A stretch of 64,000 bases of DNA, taken from contig RSEE01000092.1 in assembly GCA_003971905.1 (NCBI GenBank), positions 1-64,000 of the forward strand, given 5' to 3'. The notes below the pieces were generated by a model. That model saw nothing but the letters and a program-made list of their open reading frames with translations, made no database searches and was not told the DNA's origin. Position numbers and translations under genes: made by a program. This stretch comes from Moniliella sp. 'wahieum' (Eukaryota). This document shows positions 52,209 through 64,000 of the stretch, in pieces; positions within the stretch are counted from its first letter, which is position 1, and each line of letters begins with the position of its first letter.

Positions 52209-53552
52209 ATGGTCAGCACCCGCTCCTCCCTCTGGACCCGCTGAGGGGACGAGGCCCAGGCTCCCGCTGGTGCTTCTCCCCGCTTGTTGTGCTCGTGCGC
52301 CTGCAGCAGCTGCCTCTTGCAACGCGTCGTCTGGCCATGCGCTGTGCGCGGCCACCGCCCATGCCGGCTCAGCCCCGTCTCCGCGCCGCCGCCTGGTCGG
52401 GCAGCGCCCGTCCTCGGATTCGCTGCCTGCTCCGTAGTCTGCCTCGGCTCAACCCTCTGGGCACCTGCCCTCCCCCGCCGCTCGCTGCTCGCCACGGGCG
52501 ATTGGGGCGGTGCGTGTCGTGCGTACCGTGCAGCAGCGGGCGTCTGCCCACCCCTTCAGCATGCAACCCTCCTTCCCCCCCATCGTCCTCCTTCGGACAG
52601 GGAGGGGCTCTGCTCATGTGCTCACAGTGCACGAAGACGGTGGGCAGCGCTCCGCTGGCCTGCACGTTGCCGACTGTTAGCCGCCACTCTGCTGTCACGC
52701 CAAGCGACCTGGCCCCGCATTGCCGATGCAAGGTGGCTGCTGTGGCGCGTTGAGACGGACTCTTGCCTCTCTTCTTCGCCTGCCTACTGACTTGGACCAT
52801 CTCTCATTCTCTCTTTTCTTGTTGTGGCGTTTGCGTACCTTCTGCCCCTTCCTTTTCCTGGGGTGTTTTTGGTCTTGGGTCTACTGCTGCAGTCGTCGAT
52901 GAACATTGACCAGCCGCTCGAAGAGATCATCAAGGCCAACCCGTCGGCCAAGCGTCGCTCGGCCAAGGGCTCGCGCAAACGCTCCTCTGCTACCCAGAAG
53001 GCAGCTGGTACTGCTGCACCCAAGGCTGCACCTGCGGCCACCAAGGGCCGTGCCTCGGCCGGCAAGCAAGTGCCACCGGCTGCCCGCCCCGCTGCTCCTA
53101 TGGGCGACAAGATCATTCTGTCCAACCTGCCCACGGATGTGACGGAGGCGCAGGTGCGGGAGCTGTTTACGTCTTCGCTGGGTCCGGTGCGCAAGGTGGC
53201 GATGAACTATCGCCAGAACGGTGTGTCGACGGGAACTTGCACGGTGATTTTCCAGCGCGCTGGAGACAGCCAGAAGGCGTACCAGCAGTACAACAACCGT
53301 CTGATTGACGGTAAGCGGCCGCTCCGGATCGAGGTTGTGGTTGACCCGAGTCGGATCCAGAACGCGCAGGCCAAGCCTGCCGCAGCCCGTAAGGCTCCCA
53401 AGGCGCGTGCCGCCCCTCCCCCAGCCCCGGCGGCCCCCAAGACGCGTACTCGTGCCGTTCGTGCGGCGCGGCCGAAGAAGACGCTGGAGGACTTGGATGC
53501 CGAGATGGAAGACTACACCAAGGCTGGTGCCGACGCTGCTCCGGCTGCGTAA
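52209..53552 (+). CDS. YRA1: mRNA export adaptor Yra1/ALYREF (RRM)
   Basis: N-box IDQPLEEII, RRM KIILSNLPTDVTEAQVRELF...YNNRLIDGKRP, C-box KKTLEDLDAEMEDY; main exon 52893-53552, upstream ATG exon inferred. Confidence 0.93.
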
Positions 53553-54037
53553 CTCTATGGGGCTAGTCTTGTGTTGTTTCTTTCACCCTCTACCGCTCTC
53601 GTCTCTCTTAAGATCCAATCCGTTTCTAGCGCAATCATTCTGGTTTTCTTTGGTGCATAATTCGTAGACCAGTCGAGTCGAGTTCAAGGTATCGTTTGTA
53701 TGCCTGGATGGGTAGGAGCGCAGAACAAGGACGAGTCTAGATAACCACGATCATTCGATCGTATCACCTCTGGGACCAACAGAATAAGGCCAACAAGAGC
53801 AGAAGAAAAAGCAAACATGAACGTGAACGTCCTGTCCGAGGAAGTGGAAAGTAGGACGAGGAGTTGAGTTGCGCCCAACAGGGCAGAGCATTCAAGACAG
53901 ACCAATCATACTCATCCCTTCCTGCACTTCCTCCTCTTGTCCGTCTTCCGGGTGCCGGTGGGACCACGGTCCTAACCGGCCCGAAGCCGAAGACGCGCTC
54001 GGGGAAAAAACCTGATGGTTCACGCCCAAACTTAATC

Positions 54038-55837
54038 CTACCGCGCCCGAACCGTACCCGGGCCCCCCACCCAGCCAGCGGGGTGGAGGCTAGCATTTTG
54101 GGAGTTCCAAGCGGTGTGGCAACTACGCCGGTAGGACCCAAGGCGGGGGAGACCATAGTTCGGGAGGTGGGTGTGGAAGGGCGAACGGAGGCGGATCCGG
54201 AGGCCGAGGCAGATCCTGAGCCGGACTCGGAACCAAGGCCCGTCAGGGCAGCAGCAGCAGCAGCAGCGCGGCGGCAGAGGGGGCCGTGGTGGCAGGCGAA
54301 GAGGAGCGGGACGATCTCGGGCGCGACGAAGCACGGCGCTTACTGGGTGCCCAGGAGGCGGAGCGGGTGTGAGGGAAGAAGGAGGCAACAGAGTACGGGC
54401 CGGGACTGGCAGTGCCAGTTCCCGGAGGGTAAGGGTAGATCGGGGTTCCTGTGGGCGAAGGCATCATGCCCCCGCCCACCCCCCTGTCGACAAGGTGGAA
54501 AGCGTCAAGGGGTGCATTGGGCTCACTGCCCTTCGTTTGTATACCGAGTTGGCATAGGGCTCAAAGCGGTCTTCGACCTTGCGCTTGCCAAGGCGGGTGC
54601 GCGAGCCAGGCGGCATAGGACCCATGGAAGATGGTGTGCTGCTCGGAGCCGAACCGCCACGAGGGAAAGGCAGCGGGGGAATGAGTCGGTCCCCCGGTCC
54701 GTTCTGTAAGATGGGTGTGGTAGCGCGGGAGGTGGAAGGTGTGGCTTGCATGGGGGTTGGGTCCGATGGGCTGCCAGTCGACTCCAAGTCCTGCACTGCG
54801 CCCAACGACGAAGGGGCAAAAGGACGTTTGGGCGGGAAGACAGTGCCGGGGCTTGCACTCAGGTTGTGGTCCCGATGGGCAAGACGTGGAGAGGGTCGCA
54901 GAGGGACGACGGTGGTCGCGGAACTCGGTCCAGATGGCCTCGGTCGAGGTAGGACGGGCCAAGGAACGGGGAGGAGCCACAGTGCTGCCTGTCTCGTCCA
55001 AGTCCATGTCCAATTCCATGTCCATCATGTCCACCTCGGTATCCAGTTCGCGCGGAGCCCATACGGCATCGGGTACCTCGTCGCCGGAACTCTGGTCGCT
55101 GTCCACATCCACTCCGAACCGGAGCGTGTCGAGCGGGTCGGCTTCCTCGTCGTCCTGTTCCTCCCACGTCCGTTGCCGTACCCTTGCCCCACCGGCGCAG
55201 GGTTGAGCCAAAAGGAGGACGCTGGCCCAGCGACAAAGACGGAGGCAGCACAAAGCCCAGCACTTTGCCCCGGAGGAGAACGGGTGCTCAGAGTTGGAGG
55301 AAGCGAGACGCCGCTCCCGGCTCAGCCGCGCCTCCGAGGCCACCTCGGCTGAAAAAGGGTGCGACTCCTCTTGGAGCGACGCAGCAGCCACACGCAGGAT
55401 GGACTTGTCGCGGGAAGGGGCCTGCGGGACCACAAGACAGACACCATGCGTCAGCGGCCAACACACGGCAAGCACGACCAAGGGCGACGCACCAAGCCGG
55501 CCCGATGGATGCACGCCGTTCGGCGGCGCTGGCGGTGTGGGCACCGAGGGCGACGGGCTGGAGCGGAGGAAGAGCGCGCGGAGGAAGAAGCCCGCGCACA
55601 TACGATCGCCGCGCCATCTGCGGACTGGTGCGACCGACGCTGGCCGGGCGGGGCCAGGGACGCTGCGGGGGCGCTCGCCGCTCTGCTCGGCGGTCACGCT
55701 CTGGCCCAGCGCCGATGGCCGGCGGCGGGCCCTGGCCAGCGGGGTGGGCGTGGGGCCGGATGGCCACGGCGTCGGGGGCGAGCGGCGGTGCCGATGCCCG
55801 CGGAGGGCCGCGGCTTGGGGCTGGACGGACGCGACAT
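54038..55837 (-). CDS. Conserved-looking Ser/Pro-rich fungal hypothetical protein
   Basis: SLQEESHPFSAEVASEARL and GKRKVEDRFEPY...KRRAVSP blocks in overlapping minus-strand ORFs; boundaries approximate. Confidence 0.6.
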
Positions 55838-56040
55838 GCGGGGGAGGAAGAGGTGGGGTGGGGTGTGGGTGGCGGTTCAGCCACGCCGGTTCGATGGCCA
55901 GGTGGGGGTGAAATATGAAATGGGGAGGTGTTGCTGCTTCACGGGTGGCTCCGCCGCGCTTGGGGGCTTCCATCCCCTTGGCCGCGGCCGCCATCGCCAT
56001 CGCCACCGCCACCGCCGCCCGCCACCACCACCGCCACCGC

Positions 56041-57379
56041 ATGGGGCTCTTCCGCCGCCGCGCCTGCTGCAGGCAGCAGCAGCCACAACAGCAGCGGGTC
56101 TGAGCTGAAAATACCCGAGCACATCCACCCCACGCACAGCACACGCGCCTCAGATGCCCAGCACTCCCGCCCCGCCCAGCCAGTACGTCTTCCCCCGGCC
56201 TGGTCTTCTGCCGCCGCTGCTATGCGCTGACACGCTGACCCACGCGTGCAGACACTGCATTCAAACACAGCGTCTCAAGGCATGGCAGCCGCTTCTCACG
56301 CCACGCACTGTTCTGCCCATCTTTTCCTTGTAGCCATCATCTTTGCTCCGATTGGGGCGGTGCTGCTCTACTATGCCGAGCAAGTCTCGCAGTTTACCAT
56401 CGACTACACTGACTGCGCCACACGCGCAGCACCACTGGCTCGCCCATCGCCATGCCCAAGTCGCAATACACCCTTCCACCTCCACAACACCCGCACCGCG
56501 GGCTGGAACCCGCCGGCGTGGGCGTGGTGGACGATGCGAATGCGCCTGAAGGCAAGGCTGCCAATCGACGTTGAGCTTACCAGAGCAGCTGCCAGCGCCC
56601 ATCTCTTCTACTACCCCGCCTGACCAACTACTACCAGAACCACCGGAGGTATGTCAAGTCTCTCGACCTGACCAGCTTGCTGGGCACAACCGACCGCCGA
56701 GCACCTGGACTCGGCCCATGGCTCGTGCCATCCGGTCGCGACCCAACAAGTGGACCAGGGCAACGATACGCGGGTTCAACTACCCATCTGGCCTTGTGGG
56801 CTGATGCCAACAGCATCTTCAACGATACGTTTCAATCGCCCATCTTGCTTAATGCGCTTGGCGGGCAGCAGAACCAGACGTACACCATGAGCGAGACAGG
56901 CATTGCCTGGCCAGGCGACATGAACAAGTACGGTGCGCCCCCTTATACAGCCGATGGGTGTGTGCCGCCGCCGTGGTGGCAAGGGAGCAAGGGGCCCTAT
57001 GGCTATCCAACGTCCTACACCCCAGACTCGCTCTTTGACCCGCGCAAGGACGAGCACTTTGCCGTCTGGATGCTCACCGCTGGCTGCCTACGTTCCGTAA
57101 GCTCTACATGCGCCAAGACAAAACAACATGGCCGCCGGCACGTACGTATCATTATCCATACAATTACCCCGTCTCCATCTTCAGGGTCGGAAAGCGATTG
57201 TGATTTCCACCGAATCCTGGACGGGCGGACGCAACTCGGTGATTGGGATTACCTACCTCGTCGTGGCTGGCTGCTGCGTCCTATTGGGAATCGTCTTTAC
57301 CGCTCGCCACCTCATCAAGCCCCGTCGGATGGGGGACATGTCCTACCTCAGCTGGAACCAAGCGTCCCATACTCAATAG
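56041..57379 (+). CDS. CDC50: Cdc50/Lem3 family phospholipid flippase beta subunit
   Basis: [87 protein letters not shown]. Confidence 0.95.
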
Positions 57380-60124
57380 GTCGTCGATGGTGCCAAACCA
57401 ACGCGGACGAGCAGCATCCAATAAAGCCCTTGACCAATTACTTGCAGACCTTTGCCGGGCATATATTACGGAAGATGAGAAGGTAGAAATGGGTGTATAG
57501 AAGGGAAACTGAGCATGAGGAGAGATGGCAAACCCATTGCAGCTCATTGATGTACATCTGTTCCCACAGCCTCAGCCTGGAGTCCATTGCACTCCCTAAC
57601 CCTCCGCAATGGCTAGACACACACAATACGAATTAATAAGAACCCCTTGCAACTGTTGTGACGAGGAGATACCTTCCGTTGCGCTTTTGTGTTTGCTTCT
57701 CGCTTCTTTCTTCTCTCCACGATGGGCACCGCTTCCAACTCGGCACTTCGCCCACCTCCGTGTTCGCGATCAGCTGCATATATAATTCTCTCAGTCAGCT
57801 GGGCCATCTGGTCACGGCCAGTTGGTCGCGGCGGCACAATACAGCCACAGTGATGTCACCTTCCATTATGTCTGCAACACGAACCTGAAGGATACGAAGG
57901 GATATGGCACCCCATCGTTTGATCTTCATTCCACCATGTTTGAGGGGAGACAGAAGGGGGACGGCAGAACCCATATGTGTGTTTCTACTTGAGTTACATG
58001 TCCTATACAATGATTATTTCTTCTTATAGCACTCACTCAACTGATCCTCGTTGACTGTCGACATCACATGTCAAGGTCGTGCCTCCCACCCTTCTTGTCC
58101 TGTCCTGTGGACATTCAGCAGTCCGACCCAAACCTCAAGAGGGAGAAGCCTCTTGCCGCATATTCCTCCGCTTCACTTCCAACATCAATTCATCCCCGGG
58201 CTGTCATAATAAAAAAGTGGTGTGCTAGTTCACGGTCCATTAGATGTACTCTGACGATGACCAAAGCAATGTCTAGCTTATGTGTCGCACTCACCTGGCA
58301 TGCCAATTCGAGGGGGTTTCGCTGCGTGACCTCTCCTCTCGTTCAAGAGCAATAGCCTGGCCTTCAGCGGCTATATCTTACATGGTGCCCGCTCGGTCGA
58401 GAATCCACACGGGTGGCACGAGCAAGTACGACCAGCGCTGTGGGACAGAACAAGGCGGCGTCTGTCCCAGCTATGTACGCTTTTGGAGTCTGTGTTGGGT
58501 CGACCGTAAAGGGCATGGCCAAGCAAAACAGACTGTATACAATTGCCACCGAACGATGGCCGAGAAAGAATCCGAGAATGCGGCACGGGGAGTGAGGACG
58601 TCACTCAACGGATGCCTGAACTTCGGGTAAAAAGGTCTTTATTGACGCCCATTTGTCAGGAGGAATCGCATTTCTCTTCTGGTAGATGACTCTCGATCGT
58701 GGTGGTCGTGTGCATCAAATCGACTTGGATTCGGCCCACAATGAAGGAACACCCTCGTCGGCCTGTGCTCGCACAGCATGTGAGCACGCTCAGCTCAGAA
58801 TGAGCGCTGAGGCTCAGCCGCCGCTCATTTTCGACAAATTCGCACAAGTGAGGACAACCGCAAGGGCATCGTCTCTTCCACGTCCAGTAAAGGCATTAAG
58901 AACGTGTCCGAGGTATGCCTGTCAAACGTCAAACGTTCTCCGGATAATGCATCGTTGTTTAACGTGATCGATGATCGAGCCCCACCCACACACTGCGAGA
59001 TCGATGCGATCCGGGGGGGTTGTCTATTCCTGTGCCTATTCGGCGGCCACGCGTGTGGAGGCGTGGCCTGTGGGGCCAAAGCCGCGCTAGTGCGTATGTT
59101 TCGGTGGGAAGTGAGTTTAGCGCGCTTGCATGTCACAGCCTCGAGGCTCAAGAAGCTGGGGTAACCGGTAGGCGCTAAACGCCAACTATAGCCGCCATGA
59201 TTTTGGCAGTGTCCTTGGGCTGGGGGAAGATGTGGAGAATCACTGGGGCCGGCACTGCACCGCACTCTAGCCTAAAACAATAAAGCGCTCTAAAAAGCCC
59301 ACTGCGGGTGCTTCAGTTTCACCGATTGCCGATCACGCCTCTGCTGCATTGCCCTCCGACGGGGTCCACGCTGCCTCCGTCTGAGATGTGCTGTGCAGTC
59401 CAGGGCAACACGGGTCTTCCAGCTTCCCGTTGGGGTACAGGCTGTGGGTACTGGGCTGGGGTGGATACTTCCCTATTGAGGACGAGTGCTACATGGTACG
59501 GGCGACAGTGGGTTAAGCCGATGCATCTTCTGTTGGGCCCCTCCTGCCTCCCTTGCCTGGGCCGGGTTGGGGGGGAGTGTGTATGGTTTGAGATGTGCGG
59601 CGCGCAGCTGCCAGCCACACAGTATTCTATAGTGTTCGATAGGCACAACCAACACAAAGGAGGTTAATGAGGAGGATGTCAACCTCAAAGAAACGTGTGA
59701 CTAATAGAGCAACCATCGGCCAGTGCCAGGGCCTACCAGAGCCCCGCAAGTACCCGGTGCCACCAGTCTTACCCATTTGCCACAAGACAGATCGAAGATA
59801 TTCACACCGAACTCCGGTGACCGGTGAGCTCACTGCCACGGTGTCAGTCACTTGCAGCAGCTTCCCGCTGCCATATGGAGGCCTTTTTTCCCATCTCCGA
59901 TCTCTCATGTGTTTCTCAGCTTTTGCGACCCAGTATGGCCCAAGGCGGGTGGGCCACTTAGCCCGGTCCCTGACCTCAGGCCTCAGGGCTTCAGGCCCTC
60001 AAGCTCAAGCTTGACCTCAAGCCTCAAGCCTTAAGATCTCAACCTGCCTCAACATCAAGCCAGAGGCGAAAAAGCCAGGCCCCAAAGGTCACATGAAAAG
60101 CAAAATTGTAGAGTCAACGTACTC

Positions 60125-62210
60125 TACCAAGCTCCTGTTGGCCTCCCGCCTTACCCCCCTGGAGAAGGCATCGGGAGGTATCCGCCCCATCGCCTGTGGG
60201 GAGCTGATCTACGCCTGTGCGCCAAGGCCATCGCTCGAGCGATCAAACCCAACAGCTGGCTTCTCCCCACCCAGCTGGGAGTAGCATCGCAAAACGGGGT
60301 GGAGCCTATCGTGCGGATGGTCGAGCGCATGACAGCGCCAGGCGGGGAGAACGATGCGGAAATGGGCGACTTCAGCCACGTCGCCATGCTCGACTTTACC
60401 AACGCGTTCAACACTGTGCGCCGTCGCACACTCGCCAAGGCGCTCCATGCCTACGCCCCCCACCTCCTCACCTTGGGCCGGTGGATCTATGGTTCCCCCA
60501 CCCAGCTTTGGGTTGCGTCGGGCGGAAATGAGACCAGCGTCCTGTCGGCAGAGGGCGTGCGGCAGGGCGACCCCCTCGCCCCCTTTTTCTTCTCCATCGC
60601 AGTGCGGCCCACGCTAGAGAAGTTGAGCATTGCTCTGCCGCCGGGGCACCTGGTGATGGCATACCTGGACGACATTACCATTTTCGGTCCAGAGCCAGGC
60701 ATTACCGGCCAAGCTGCGGAGATTTTGGAAGACGACGCGTCAGGCCTCAAGCTCAACCTGCGCAAGTGCGTCGAGCGGGACCGGGACCAGATCCGGGAGG
60801 ATGGTCTGCAGGTTCTGGGCACTTGTGGGAGGGGGGTAGACTGTCGTCGATCGTGGCTCCGGGCCCAACTGGCCAGTCTGAGGGAGAACATGCCTAAGTT
60901 TGATGGCATCACCCGCCAGGGACCCTCTTACTATGGCGGCTCAGCACTCAGACCAAGCTGCGCCACCTGCTCCGCACCATGCAGATGGAAGGAGAGCTAG
61001 ACGAAGTGCTGGCCGAGATCGATGCCTTCATCTGTACGGAGTTCAGACGGATCCGGGGCGACGAGGATCCCCAAGGTGCCAAGGACGACCACTTCGACAT
61101 GCTCATGAGCCTGCCTCTCCGGCTAGGAGGATGCGGCAGCCCGCTTTACTCGTATATCGCGCCCCACGCCCGTGCCGCGGCCAACGAGGTCAACGACTAT
61201 CTTATTACCACTTATGTTGACCGTTCGGGACCGCAAACGGCAGAGGCCAACGCATTTACGAAGCAACGCCAGCGCTGCCGCGAGATGTGGGAGAAAAGTC
61301 GACAGGAGCTGCTCCAGAAGCTGGACGCTGCGATGGTCGTCACGTGGTTGAGCACAGCAACCCGCTGAGCCACAATGGCTCTCCGCCATTCCGTCCGTCC
61401 CATACCTCAGGCTCTCCGACCAGCAGGTCCAGGTTGGTCTCCAGCTCCGCACGCTGTGCCGCACCACGCGCAGCATGTGCAAGTGCGGTGTCATGTCCTC
61501 GCTGGAGCACATCATGTATTGCACTCGCTCCCAGGCCAAGTTTGGAGCGTTGCATGACGCAGTGCGGGAGCCCATTCTCCAGCTCCTACGCTCCATTCCC
61601 GACACCCATGTCCACAACGAACCAATGGTGGAGGACGAGGATGGCCGGAGACAGAGGACACAGCGCACTGACTACCGCGTGATGGACCCGGAGCACTGGG
61701 AGGATCAGGAATGGAGGTCGACCACACGCTGCGCGACACGGGATCACTGGCAGCGCAGAGCGCGTTCCGGAGGGTGGTGCACGCGAGCACCGCAACCCCC
61801 TTGGAACGCCGGGAGAAGGAGCTGCTTCGGATGCTTGAACAAGCAGAATGCGAGAAGAACGCCAAGTACCAGGGACGCACTCAAGAGACGTTTTCCCCCT
61901 GGTTTTGACGACGCGAGGATACTACGGCGCCAAGACGGCGAGCAAGTTGTTTGCGCATTGGAAGGAGTTGGCTACTAAGTCTCAGTGGAAATGGTTCCTC
62001 GCTCGGATGTCAACCACGTTCCTCCGTGTCCATACGCGCTTCCTAGGGTACGGGACCGGATGGCATGAGCCGGAGGGTCCTGATATCCTGGCGATCCCCT
62101 GGTTCCTTGACCCTGGTGGCGCCCCTAAGTAACCCCGCAAGATGAACGGTTAGGTTTAGACGTAGCGTTCCCCTGTCCCAGCCTTCTTAAGTCTGCCAAT
62201 GAAATGGACG
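60125..62210 (+). mobile_element. Non-LTR retrotransposon, CRE/SLACS/Cnl1/MoTeR-like (RT + CCHC + restriction-like endonuclease), 5'-truncated
   Basis: LEKASGGIRPIACGE, QLGV, LDFTNAFN, GVRQGDPLAP, AYLDD, GLKLNLRK, LPLRLGGCG, CKC..EHIMYC, LHDAVR, QRTDY..VD, KNAKY, FPLVLTTRG; stop at 62132 then short 3' UTR. Confidence 0.9.
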
Positions 62211-64000
62211 TTCTCTACCATTTCCACTCTGTTGCATGTGAATAGGTGGAGGTAACCAAATTGGCCAACCAGGTTCATCGATCATCGATCATCATTGATA
62301 TGTATAACACAAGATAACGTCAATATACGCCGCTGTCCACGTCCGGTATGCGTACTTCTGTCTGAGATTTGACGCTTTGACGTCTCTTTCATGCCATAGG
62401 TACGTAGTAGGCCACGTCTCAAGCTCCTCAAGCCCCTGTGCCCCCCCTTTGGTGTCACACGCCCCCCACGAACGGGGGGGTGGGAGGGAAGGGGTGGCTG
62501 GGTGTGGCCTGTGGCGGTACTAGTAGCGGAGAGGAGGGAGCGGGGAGTCCCCCGTGTGTCGATCGGCTTGTGCAACAGGGTGCTGTGGTCGATGCGTCTT
62601 TTGCCAAAGTTGCTGGGGAAGGCGCTCAGGCGCTCCTCAGGCGCCCAGGCCTGAGCAAGCGGTCTGAGCCTCAGTCCTTCCGCTGAGCCGCTGAGGTACT
62701 AAAGAGGGCCCCGGCTGGACAGCTGAGCCACTGAGCTCTCTCACAGCCACATGTGCGGGTACAACAGTGTCCCAGTGTGCTCCGAGATCTGGCCACCATC
62801 GCCGCACCCTGTCGCACCCGCAACGACGAAGACCCGTGGCTCAGCGCCCAGCGCCCAAAAGCGCCAGTAGCCCAGATCTGTCTACGCCAGTCCCTGGCCC
62901 CACAGGCATCTCGACGTCATCGACGTCATCGATCAAGCGTCCCTTCATCAAGCATCCGTGCTCAGCTTGGGCGGCCCAGTCTAAGCACTCAGTCAGTACT
63001 CAGTTGAGTACGTCAAGTGTACTCACATTCTCAGCCGCTCAGCCGCGCTCAGCCAAGCCGCACCGGCGCAGCGCGCCCCGGCGGCCATTCCCGACGACGG
63101 ATAATTGCTGTGCGACACAGTCGAGGGATCTACAGAGTCACTAGGAAAGATGCATCGCATCAGTTGATGAGATTGACCTTAGTGTGACCTAGTGACCTAG
63201 TGACCTACCTTCCCATGCCGATGCGTGAGTCGGGAGTCGTGTTGAATTGTGTGGCTCTGTGCCGCGTGAGTTATTTTGTGACTACAGCGAGAGACCAGCT
63301 ATAGTGACTAGTGACTCTCTCGCCCTTTTCCCCTGGCCGTTGGAGCCTTTGTGTGCCAGACAGCGCGATGGCCACGCCTGCCGCCTCCGCAGCCGGTGCA
63401 GCAGACGACGAAGGTTATATAGTACCTGCCCCACACCCACCACCTGGCCCCAACGCTCGCTGCTGCCCCCCCTTCTCTCCGCTTTCGGCGCCGCTTCTGT
63501 TAATTGGCCCCTCAGGCCTCGGCCTCAACCCTCAACGTTCAACCAACGTTCAACCCTCAACGTTCAATCCGGCGTGAGAACCCCAAGGCGTTTCCAGTGG
63601 CGATTGAATACGAGCTAGCAGAGTGCCCCTGGCATCCATCCCCCTATTGTCCACCAGCTTTCCTCTCGGTGTGGATTGGATGGGAGGGTCTCCCCGCCAT
63701 CTCATCCTCGCCATCTGCACGCCACTTTCAGTTTCGTACCCGTCTGGGTAACCCTTTGCGTGGCCGAGCTGCCCTGCTGGTCTCTTCTGTGATCTCACCA
63801 GTCACTGCAACCTGATCTCTGACCTGCCGCCCTCATCTGGCTTCGTCATCCTCCAATTCCTGTCGGCGCTGAGGCTGATCTCAGCCACAAGTGCATTCTC
63901 GTCCCTCCCCAGCCACACCTGTCCACCCAGACACTCATCCATTGGCAATTCGCTCTCCCTCCTCCACCACAGCAGGCCGCTGTGCTCCGAGCAGCCGAGC

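Noticed and set aside
57500..60050. Genes in the interval between CDC50 and the retrotransposon
   Set aside because: Only short ORFs without recognisable motifs; probably decayed repeats that I cannot classify

Overview
Left end of a fungal chromosome: (CCCTAA)n telomere at 1-33, GC-rich, with short spliceosomal introns. The organism is a basidiomycete, most likely Ustilaginomycotina-like (inference from protein style). Nearly every gene, including PP2A and histone H3, is broken by 1-2 nt frameshifts, which points to uncorrected long-read errors, so gene ends are approximate and frameshifts are not evidence of pseudogenes. Recognisable genes: HxxxD acyltransferase, Pmp3, tubulin cofactor D, secreted Say1-like hydrolase, PP2A catalytic subunit, Ssk2 MAPKKK, Apd1-like ferredoxin, divergent frataxin, OPT transporter, copper radical oxidase, a CLK-derived pseudokinase (two copies), histones H1/H3/H4, a Pho85 cyclin, Yra1 and Cdc50. 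Mobile DNA: a CRE/Cnl1/MoTeR-like non-LTR retrotransposon (RT + RLE), a gag-only ORF, a solo LTR with TSD and dispersed repeats. Best observations: (1) a window-wide intergenic grammar T[G/C]A-(4-bp palindrome)-T[G/C]A with at least ten different palindromic cores; (2) a 3.2-kb hydrolase cassette inside a ~560-bp direct duplication of the convergent TBCD/PP2A 3' ends; (3) a CGTTCACA motif shared by the H1 and H3-H4 promoters; (4) histone H3 with Trp next to K79; (5) a hairpin and a possible tyrosine recombinase relic at the telomere junction.
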